DNA from: Monocercomonoides exilis PA203
Taxonomy: Eukaryota; Protista; Preaxostyla
Reading direction: 5' to 3'
Assembly (NCBI GenBank): GCA_001643675.2
Contig: LSRY02000014.1
Location: forward strand, 124,001 to 188,000
Length of the DNA stretch: 64,000 bases
How positions within the stretch are numbered: position 1 is the first letter of the stretch; each line of letters opens with the position of its first letter. The position numbers and the translations under genes are program-made. Shown piece by piece: positions 26,535-36,983 of this stretch. The notes below the pieces were generated by a model. It did no database searches and was not told the DNA's origin. It saw nothing but the letters and a program-made list of their open reading frames with translations.

Positions 26535-28967
26535 TTAATTCCTAATATTTTTCCCATTCAGCCCTTCTGATTTAACGCTTGTTGTGCAAATTTTTTCACA
26601 GAAAAATGTTCTATCACAGTCAAATGAGGCGAATGAGATGCACACGCCGTTGGCGGCAGTCTGTTGGTGTTGTGGAGCTGAGTTGATGCTGGTCATGGTG
26701 CAGTTGGCAAGGGAGAGGGAGAGGGCAGGGGAGGTGGCAGAGGAGAGGACACAGCTGGTGGGGGTGGCTGTGGAGGTGATGTGGGTGATGTTGGAGGAGT
26801 TGAGGGTGAGGGGTGCTGTGAGGGAGGTGAGGTGGAAGATGCTTTAACTGTTGAAGGTGAGACTGGTGATTGCTGTGTGGTTGAGGGCAAGGGAGCCAGC
26901 AGTGAGGAAGAAGAGTGGAGTTTTTATAGTTATGGAGGTTGTTCCGGTGATGGTGGTTGTGTTGAGGTTGAGGGAAGGGGAGTTATCGGAGAGGTGGAAG
27001 AGGATGGGGGTGATGGGATTTGAGGAGTTGTGGGCGATGGCGAGGGCAGAGACTGTGAGGGAGCCCTGGGTCTGTTGGAAGAGGGCAGAAGAGGCAGATG
27101 GATCTGGTGAAGAAAATGTTGATATTGATGAAAATGAAGAAAATGATGATGATGACTGTGATGACTGTGAATGTGAGTTTGGTGGCTGGGGAATGCCACT
27201 GGAGGCGATAGTGGTGGCAGTTGTGCCATTTCCAGTGATTTTTGTATTTGGAGCACGAAATGTGAGAGTCTTTGTGGGAGTGAAAGTGGAAATGAGAAGA
27301 GAGAGGGAAGCATCGCTGAAGGGAGCAACGCATCCGAGAGCATACTCCATAGTGGCACATGGGCTTTGCTGTGTTTTGCCACAGGTATCGATATCACTTC
27401 CATCATTTGAGACTATTTTGTTCTGATTGATGATTAGAAGCCAACTGTTGTACTCAACATTATCAGCAGTTCCCGCGTTCCACACTCTTTTTATTGGAGT
27501 TGTTGATCCACAATTTTCAAACGGAGATTGGGTGATGCTGCTGCCATTGAAAAACACATCATTTCCTCTGCCATTTTTAGCTATATTTCCATCGAAGAAA
27601 CAGAAAGTGATGAATTTTACTCCATTCATCCAGGAATAAGTATTCCTAAAAAACATTGCAGCTCCGCCACGTGTTGATGAAGTTGATGTCAATTTATTGT
27701 TTAAGAACCGGCAATCATCAATCAAAAACTGACTTAGTTTATTTTGTGGAGGGTAGTGAAATGTTGAAGAACCAGCTGAATCACCACCAGTATTTGAAAT
27801 GCATTTGCATTTGGTGAACAGGAATTGGCCGTTTGATGGAAAAGCACCAATATAAAAATACCAACCAGTTCCGCACCAATTTGTGATCGAACAACTTTCC
27901 ACCCTGTTTTCTGAGAATATCCAAACAGAATTTGATTGTGGATAAGCTATACAATTTGCTCCTCCATGAGCAGCCGTACAACTCGAGAAATTGGATTTTA
28001 TAATGTCAATTTTCAACAAGTAATCACAACGTGTCGCTCCACCATGGTCATTTGTTGAACAATTGTTGAATGAGCATGAAGAGATTGTGAGATTTGCATT
28101 TTCGCAAACAACTTTAAGAGCACCTCCATGATCACTACCACCCTTTGAATTATTCCATTCGCACCATTCAAATTTATGGCTGTTAACATCAAAGGAATCC
28201 AGTCTTCCAGGTTTAGCTCTTTGAGATTCTGTTCCAATATGAACCACAGGAGCATTTGGTGAAGAGCGTGTTTTGTGAAAGAAAGAGGCGTTGAAGGCAG
28301 AGAGAGAAGTGGATGGGCTGTTGATGTTGGGGAGAATGGCTCCATCGATGGGGTTGTGAGTGTGGAGGAAAAGTGTTGAGTGGATAGAGAGGGATGAGTG
28401 AAGAGAGAATGAGGGAATTGTATTGGTGTTGGTGTTGGTGGAAGAGGAAGAAGAGGAAGAGGAAGAAGTGGTTGAGATGAATGAATTGAGTGAGTGGGAG
28501 GGAAGGGATGGAAGAGATGGATGGGATTGGGGAGATGAGATGTTGGAGAAAAGGGCGTTTGAGAGATGGAGATTGAGGTGGATTTGGAGGTGGGGATGGG
28601 ATTGGTGATGGATATGGAGAGGGGAAGGGGAAGAGAGGGAAGAAGGAGAAAAAAGGAAGGGCTGGACGAGGGAGATGAAGGAGGAGAAAGAGGAGTGGGA
28701 GATGGAGAAGAAGGCAGGGATTGGAGAGTGGGGATCTGGGAGGAGATTGTTTGGGGTGGAGAAGAGGGGGAAGGAGAAAATGGCTGGTTGGGGGGTGGTA
28801 AGGGAGAAGTTTGTGAGGGAGAGGGAGGCATGGGCAGAGCGGAAAAGTGGAGATTTTGTTGCTGGGTTGACTTGGCAAATGGAGGAGCAGATGGTGGCAT
28901 CTGAGTGGTGTTGGGCAGTGAGGAGTGAACAACCGGCGAGAGGGATGATGTTCGATGTGTCACGCAC
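26535..28967 (-). pseudogene. Truncated Pmp-like surface protein gene
   Basis: HGGAL/HGGAT/HGGAN/RGGAA, FDGN and CGKTQQSPC motifs. An in-frame TAA at 26844-26846 is followed by more family-like sequence (SIFHLTSLTAPLTLNSSNIT). Another stop lies just upstream of 28967. No signal peptide or TM remains. Confidence 0.75.
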
Positions 28968-31077
28968 AAGAAAGTGTTGATGACATTAAGAGTTGTCAAA
29001 GCACAACTGACACAATCGCCTGGCGAAATTTTGCCTTATGAAAGATAACAACTACAATTGTTGTTGTATTTGCTGCTGCTGTTTTCAACTCTGATTGTGC
29101 TTTTTGATATCTTCCGATTTATTTCTTGTTGATTTCTTTTTTTCTGAAATGCCTCTGCCATTGATGCAATTGACAAGAGCCATTTCCAAAGCAATAGAAT
29201 TGAATACAGCTTTTGCGTTGATGTGGAGCCTCACTGCAGAGAAAACAGAGAAAAAACAGAAAATCAAAAGTCTCTGCTCTCGAAATTAAGTTATTTTCTA
29301 TTCGAATTAATTTTTTGTTAAATGTTTCTGAGAATGATTTTAATTTTTTCATGAATATATCATTTCTGAATCTGTATTATGAAAATAATTTATTGATTTG
29401 ATTTCTTATGTTTTTTTGCTATTGAAGAGAAGAATGAATGGTTTTGGAGTAATATGAATAAAAATGTGATCAAATGGAATAAAGAGAGTTTTGTAATGTT
29501 ACAAAATTATAAATTCAACTTGATTCTTTTTTCTGTTCAAGTGTATTTCGGGAAATTGTCCTGTTTAAATAACGTTTGCCTCTTATGTTGGAATAACATC
29601 TTCAATAATTATTGAGCCCAACGCAATTGATGGAATTTTTTAAGAAAGATTTTGCTCTTTTTTTTTTTTTTTTATTTTTATTTTTTTTTTTTTAAATATC
29701 GATCAAAAACAATTCAGAAACGTTAAAGTAACTTGCAACGCGATTCGCTCTGTTGATTTCTCGAATAGATGAAGATAACATGGAAATGTTGATATAGATG
29801 GAATATTAAAAATGAAAATAAATATTCACTTCTAATCAAAAAACAATGCTTATAACCATTGTCAGCATTGTTGAAAAACTTAAACGAAATTCCATCATCA
29901 ACAAAGTTGTCATATTGAATGAAACAACTGTAATAATAAACCCTTTCATCATGTTCAACAGCGTTGACTGAGAAAGATGAAGTTAAAAGAGTTGTCGAAG
30001 ATATGGATGCAGCCAAAACTTTCGAATCATTTCAGCTCAGATGGCGAGAAGTGAAAGAAAAAGAATATTTTCTGGGCTGTTCAACTATGGCTATTCTTTT
30101 CAAATTATGTCAAAGAGAATGGATCAAAACGTTTACTGCTTTCTTCATAAACTTTAATACCCAACAGTCTCTTCATGTGTGTTTGTTCAGACAGTTCTTC
30201 CTTCACACTTCCAGATGCAAAAAATCAAGGAAGTGTTTCTTTCTCTCCATTTCAAAACAATTATTCACTTGTCTTTTTCCTTTGTCCTTTGAATACTTTT
30301 CTTTTCAAAGACAATGGATTTCACTGTTGGACGACTTCAACAAGTCTATTATAATTAACGAACCATCTCAAGTGTGTGGCTTTGCTCTTTGAAAAAAAAG
30401 CTGAACTTCACAAATCGTTTTTGTTCACAACAAAAAAGAAATCACCATATCTTGATGAAAGAAAATGAATATGTTATTGTCTCAATCAAAAACTATCATT
30501 TACCATTCATCTCATAAAAGGGTCCACTTCCTTTCCATTTATTTACAAATTTTTTTTCCAATCTCAATCTATGTTGATTGTCTGTTTTTCATTCTTTCCT
30601 TTCAATAATCTTTTCAACCTCCTTGAGCTGAAGTGAAAAAAATAAAAAAGAGTTTAAGAATCATATATCATTGAACTTTGTTGTATGTGCCTTTCAGAAA
30701 CAAGCAATTTTTAACTTTTTCAACAATGTTGTTTTCTTATTTTCCTATTCTCTTCAAACATATTCACTTCTTTAATCAGAGAGTGCACTCTTCAAAGAAA
30801 AACAAATTCTTCATTGATGAATTTTTAATACCCTCTTTATAAATTATATGATTTGATCCGAAATGGAAAAGTGTGTTTCTTTTTTGGTCTTTTCCAACTG
30901 AGTCTTGATTTCATTGTGCTCTCTTTTTCATTATTTTTCACAAACAAAATCATTTGGAATTGAAATTGATCCTTTTTCTCTCTTCAAGACAATCTTCAAT
31001 GTTTTGTGTTCTTTTAATTATTTTTTGACTGACAAACTGTTTTTGAAAAATATGAATCTCGTTGGATGATATCCAGA

Positions 31078-32478
31078 ATGAAAGAGTGTGAAGGCAATCA
31101 ATCTGAAGGCAGAACTGTGGAGAATATTACAAATGAAAGGTTTTCAAGTTTGCAATGTAATCTCTTTTGATCAAATTTGCAATTCCTATTGTTCTTTTGA
31201 TGTTTTTTGAAGAGCACCTCCATGAGTTGGAGCATTGTTCAGAAATGGAGCAGAAGCAGAAAATTGAAGAGATGAATGGAATGATGGACAAAATGGACGA
31301 AAACGAATTGCGTTGTGTTTTGACGAATGAGGTATTCAATGAAATCGACAAAATGATTGAAGAAAAGAAATTATCTTTAGATAATACGATTTTGTTATTG
31401 AAGAAAATGGGATATCTCAATGCGTTGAAATCAATATACAGCTCGTTCTTTGAAAAATCTTCACTTGTCGAAAGATTTGAAAGGTTGGTAATCGAAGAAG
31501 AAAAGAAGAATGAAGAAAAGAAGAATGAAGAAAAGAACGAAAAGCTTCTGATCGATCTTTGCGAATGCTATCTTTTTCTTATTGAGTTCTTTTCATCTGA
31601 ATCAATTTCAATCAGTGTGTCATGTCTTCTGGTGGTTGCTTTGAAGAAAGAGGAAAACGAGGAAACTCAAAAAGAAGTGGAAATGGCTCTACTGGCTTTA
31701 AGTCGTATTGAAATCTGGAAAGTTTAAATAAATTCAATATTTTTTTTTTTTGAAAGAATTACTAATTTTAATTTTTTCTTTTAAGGTCGTGAAAAAAGCG
31801 AATTTTATGAATGAGATAGGAGATTTAATAAAATATCATCAAGAACATTGCAACCTCACTCAGCTTGCATATCAATCAGTTTGGCAATTGCTGTTGCACC
31901 GATTGAGAGATGAAGGAAGTCTGAAAAAGGTGCTTGCGAATGAGCTGAATTTTGTGAGAGAAGCAACAAGAGATTTAGAGGATCTAAAAAGTTGTGTGAA
32001 TTGGAGAGGAAATAACAATGAAATCGAAGCAATGAAAAAATCATCTATTATAAAGAGATGGATGGCTTTAATACAAATATTTTGTTTCCACTTTGATGCT
32101 TCAAAAGCAGATGGATTGGAAGATTTAGTTGTATGCATTGTTGATCTGTGCCGAATATCAATTGAAAATTACAAAAGCTTGCACATCCACTGCAGTAGCA
32201 AGTTTTTCTCCTTGATTTGCCAAAAAGAATTGAGTGTGGACATTTTGATGGAGAAAGGAGTTGTTGATTACGTGTTAGAGGAAACTCTTCAGCCGACGAT
32301 AAATTTTGATTTAATTGAAAATTGTGTTCCTTTCCTTTCGTTGCTTCAAAGAAGGATAAACGAGGAATATGCCGAGAAGCATGACGAGCACAAACGAGAG
32401 TTGCTTCAAAGAAAGCTATCTGATAAATTAGAAGAAGAAGGTTTTTCCGATATTATGGCAATATACATTTATTACTAA
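31078..32478 (+). CDS. Lineage-specific helical protein family, copy 4, 3 exons, apparently intact
   Basis: ATG 31078 ...NERFS|KHLHELEHC; ORFs 31167 and 31750 joined in frame by a GT-AG intron; same motifs; local 15-nt tandem expansion (EEKKN-EEKKN-EEKN). Confidence 0.85.
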
Positions 32479-33049
32479 GCTTTCAACTTTTCCAATTTTT
32501 TTTGAACATTCATGACACGATAAAACAGAGCTCAATTATCTTATAGAAAAATGATAATATTCTTATGGTGTTGAAGTTGTTTGATGTTATTCAGCGACTT
32601 TTTTCTCTTCTAAAATTAACAGATAATTCTTTTTCATTTAATGAAAAATGATTTTTGCTTGTTATTGGAAGGAAACATTCAAGACGGTGAATGTTCCAAA
32701 GATTATTTCTAAATAAGTGATAAAACAATAAACCGTTGATGAAAACAATTATCCATCATTAAAAAAGTATGTTATATTTCCATTTTTCCAAAAGTTGGGA
32801 CAAAGTGGTGTGTTTCTGAATTTTTTTTCAAGCTTCACTTTCCAAAATATTTCTCAATTTTTTAATTTTCCTTAATTTTTTGCTTGAGAATTCAAGACTT
32901 ATTATGATATGATAACAGAAAAAGTTTGGAGCAAATTGTTATTTTTTTCATAAATGAAAATATTTCGTCCCAAATTAAAACGTCCTCTTCAAAAAAGCAT
33001 ATTACCCGCAACAAAACTCTGCTCTTTCTCGTTTCTTTTTGGAAGAAGC

Positions 33050-35330
33050 CTAATATTGATAAGGACGATGTGGATTTATAGAATCCCTGTTTTCCAAAAT
33101 TTCTTGCCCAAAAATAGAAAGCTTATGCGTTTCTTGAAGCGGAAGAGGAAGCGAAACAGCTCCAAAGAAATTGCAGTAATTGTAGCACAGACTGTTCGTA
33201 ATGCAAATCAGTTCCTCTGGTGCAAGGCCTGTCGCATCAACAACTACCACATAGCGTGTTGGCAGCGCTGTGGTGCGATAATCCACTTTCTGAGGGATTA
33301 GAAACCAGTCGCAGCAGAAGTCTGATGTAACCACATTATCAATCACTGTACCTGGTGAGGGATTCTGACCGCCAGTAGTGAAAAAGTGATGGTGGGTTCT
33401 CTTGTCTACCACAGCCACAGCATGGTGCGGACGATATTTAACCTCTCCTTCGTCAAATTCACAAAATGCACGCAGCATCTGTTCATATTCTATTCCCACC
33501 ACATCTCTCAACCATACATCACCAATACCATCTCGATACTCAATAATGTATGAAGGAAGATTTTTATTAATTGCTTTGTACTCTTCAAGCGCACTCTTCA
33601 AAAACATGAACCACAGATTTCCTCCAACAATCTCTTTCTTCTGCTTGCAAGAGGCTGTTCTCTTGTAAGTCCTAGTCATTTCCCTACTCATAGAAGCAAT
33701 CATTGCAATCGTTTCTTCACAGCGGACTTTTGAGCGAGACACATCAATAGACAGCACCATCACATTCCCATCGCCTGGGAGAATGCGCATCGAATTCATT
33801 GGCTGAGCAAGTGCTAACTTCTGCTTTCCTCTTTTTATCCATTTTGGAGCTGGTTGATGCTTGGCATTTGATGAAGCTGAAGCTGAAGCCGATGCAGATG
33901 CAGATGCAGATGCAGAAGCTGGTGAATAATAAAAAGAAGAAGAAGAAAAAGACAGAGAAGATGATGATGAAGAAGAAGAATAGAAGATAATAACAATAAT
34001 CATAATAATAATGGAGTAGCTGATGAAGAATAGCACGAATGTTCAGTTGGCACATCTGCTGTTGCGTTCAATGATTTTTCCCAATCTGGAAGCTCAATCG
34101 CCCAACAAGTGCCTCCAATCTTGTGTGTGATCTGCATCCAAAGGCCAGCAAAAAGTGATGCATAATGAGACGTCAAGTTCTTTGACAAGATGCACTGAGA
34201 TGGAATGGAGTTTTCGAGTCTCTGTCATTATCTTCATTTGTTTGTAGCGATTTGTGTCTTTATTTGGCAAAATGACAAGGGCAAGTTGATAGCTGCTAAC
34301 ATCTCTGGTGAATATTCTCTTGAAGTCAGTGTGAAACGGGGTTTGATAATTATCTTTGATTTCCAGAATATCTGGCTGAGCAATACGTACCCGATTTACC
34401 GCATATCTGAGTTGACTGAGAAAGTTGTCAATGTTTCTTGCATCTCGTTAAGAGCAGTCACAATCCATTTTTCGAGGTTGACGGGACTCGGCAAATTGTT
34501 CCTTCTTGCCATCTCGTATCACACTCCTAACAGTCATAGAAAAGCATATTCGAGGTGTTGCGCGAGAAATAGAAGAATGAAAGAAAGAAAATAATTATTG
34601 CATAAAAAATGAATCATTAAATTCAAATAAAATCTACCAAAAAAAGAAAAAGAAAGAAAAAATAATTTTAATTTGTTCTCATTATTAATGCAATAATATT
34701 TCATACCATTAGAAATTGGAAATGTTCTTCCACCACCCCATCTGAGATAGACGAGTGGGCATATCCATCCCTGAATTCTCTCCATCTCTTTTAATTTCGC
34801 TTCTATTCCTGCATCTTTTAACTCTTTTGACTCCAAAAATGGCTGCGCAATGCTGTCTATTAATCTCATTCGATCACGTGGAGAGTGTGTGTGCATTTCC
34901 TTGACTTTCTTCATCAAACGAAAATCGCTCAAATACTCTTCAAATCAAATTTTAATGCACATTTATGCAAAAAGTGCACAATAGAAGTTACATGTTACAT
35001 ATGAAAATGAATAAAATCAAATAAATAGGAAAAAAGTAATTACAATCAAAAGGGAAAGAATCAATGTTCGTAAAAGCAAACATTTCTGTAGAGATTGCAA
35101 GCTCCATCAGAATATCTGCAAAGTTTGATGAGCCCGTTCCACTGGTTGATCGGCAGAGTAAAAGTTGCTGACTTAGATGTAGATAGATTTTGTGGTGCGT
35201 GATAAAATAATCATAAATTGTTTCTTCCACTTTTTCTCCTTCTTCATTCTTGTGTGTAAACTTATATGTTAATGGTGTTTGATCATCCAAAACCTTCACA
35301 ATTCTGAATGTTTGACATTAACTGGAATGT
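33050..35330 (-). pseudogene. Piwi-clade Argonaute, 5'-truncated and disrupted in PAZ/L2/MID; PIWI domain open
   Basis: PAZ (TFRIVKVLDDQTPL..TIYDYF..LMELAIST), L2 (SDFRLMKKVKEMHTHSPRDR), MID (LALVILPNKDTNRYKQMK; IPSQCILSKNL; QITHKIGGTCW), PIWI (SIDV, KEIV, YRDGIG, VDKR, PGTVID, PTRY, LCYNYCN, THKL). Lesions: TGA at 34519-34521, frameshifts near 34450, 34212 and 33980, TGA at 34000. Confidence 0.9.
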
Positions 35331-35564
35331 CTGTTCAAATCATTTGGAAAATGGAAGCGTCAATTGAGATCAGAAAAAAAATTGTCTCTTCATAAAGTTA
35401 ACATTAACTAATAAGACCAACAAGCCTCATAAGAAAATCGCATATTGAATCAGAAAATTTAAATTAAAAGCTTATTGCAAAAAAAAAAATATGGAATGAA
35501 AATGAGATTTTCTCGAAAAACAACAAAAAGGAGAAAATTGGAAAAGGTTTTGTTCCCATAACGA

Positions 35565-35646
35565 GCACTGATGGCCGAGTGGTTAAGGCGGCAGACTAGA
35601 AATCTGCTGGGTTCATCCCGCGTAGGTTCAAATCCTGCTCAGTGCG
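35565..35646 (+). tRNA. tRNA-Ser(AGA)
   Basis: Acceptor stem GCACTGA/TCAGTGC, A-box TGGCCGAGTGG, anticodon arm GCAGA-CTAGAAA-TCTGC (anticodon AGA), long variable arm GGG-TTCAT-CCC, T-loop GGTTCAAATCC, discriminator G73, no intron, no encoded CCA. Confidence 0.97.
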
Positions 35647-35650
35647 ATTC

Positions 35651-35655
35651 TTTTT
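35651..35655 (+). terminator. Pol III oligo-T terminator after tRNA-Ser
   Basis: T5 run four nt downstream of the discriminator base; also present in the left arm. Confidence 0.7.
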
Positions 35656-36983
35656 GATATTTTTGTATATTTTGTCAAACACGAATACATCACTCATTTT
35701 CATTTCTTTATCATGAAATGGATGCTAAAGACAAACAGAGATATTCTTCAAATAACAATTATCGCATAAAGTATTTTTTTTATTTATTGTTGAAGATTGA
35801 AGATGGAATTGATGAGGTAATAAGCATTCTTGTTTGAATATTAATTTTTATTGAAAAAATTTCGTATAGATATTTTGTTTAGATGCAAAACATTCGCTGC
35901 AATTAATAATAAATTATAAAATTCTCTTGATATGTTATCTTTCTTTTCAATAACCTCAAAAGATTAAATTCACTTACAGCTTTAATAAAAGAATGCAGTT
36001 ATTTTTTATCTATATCGTTTTAAGCAAACATTTCCAATAATTTCACAAATATCAACAGTTATAGATAATGAACCAATTAGAGGAGTGGTGAGTTTTCTTA
36101 TTGAGATAATTTCAAACAATTCTCAAACTAACAATTTAATAGATTATATTACTTTCTTTTCACTTTGAAAAGATAAAAATATGAACGAATCACTTTCATG
36201 AATTTTTATATAATGGGTATAATCAAAAAAGGATGAAAAATTTAAAACAAAAATTTTTATGCACTTGATGTGTTGAATGCATTATAATACGTTTGGCAGA
36301 AAACTGAAAATTACTGAAAATTTTGAGTGCTGTATTTCAAATGTAGTTTTTTTTTCTTGGATATATAAATTGAACGCAAAATGAAGTTAGTCTAATGTTT
36401 CATTGATGATGGTTCTGAGAAAGATTTTTTATTATCAATAAATAATTTAGTTTTTAATTTGTGTTAAAAGAGTAGATTGCTTGAAAGATTTTTGAGTGCA
36501 ATTATTATTCAAACATTGTTGTATTGGTGTTTGCTTTTAATTTTACATATTGAACAAACACAAACAGAAAGTCCATAAATACATTGAATTGATAAAACAG
36601 AAAAATTTTATGTGAAAATTCAAAAGCACTCAAGTATTTAAAAAAACAAAATATTAATGATCAGTGAAAATGAAAGATTCTCAACTAAACTGAAAGGTTG
36701 TTTGTTCAAGTGGAAAGGAACATTTTCACATCAAATCATCGAGCAAAACAATTGCGTTGTGAAGATGAGTTATAAAATGTTCAAAAAGTGCGTATTAAAA
36801 TAAAAAATAAATATTTTTTTTTAATTTTTTTATGTAACATTTTGGCAAAGAATAAAAAGAATTTTGTTTTATAAATAAAACGAAAAAAATAATAACAAAA
36901 TATGAAAGTATTTGTAAAGGCAATCATTAGCTCCAATATTTGCAAATAAACAGCATTTTCCCCGTCTATTGAATATATTTCAC

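Larger units (their letters stand above)
35215..35811. repeat. Right arm of 597-bp inverted duplication
   Basis: Reverse complement of 25880..26476; here the PAZ exon continues beyond the inner boundary. Confidence 0.95.

Noticed and set aside
33050-35330. Prokaryotic Argonaute defence operon
   Set aside because: The gene has spliceosomal introns and eukaryotic Piwi-clade motifs; no operon context.
35565-35646. tRNA-Leu(TAG) or amber suppressor (CTA)
   Set aside because: The 7-nt loop CTAGAAA puts AGA at positions 34-36; G73 and overall sequence match eukaryotic tRNA-Ser.
25880-35811. Intact TIR DNA transposon / Pack-MULE
   Set aside because: Outer flanks (tttccgtac vs atgaggtaa) show no target-site duplication, the arms consist of host tRNA and Piwi exon sequence, and no intact transposase lies inside.
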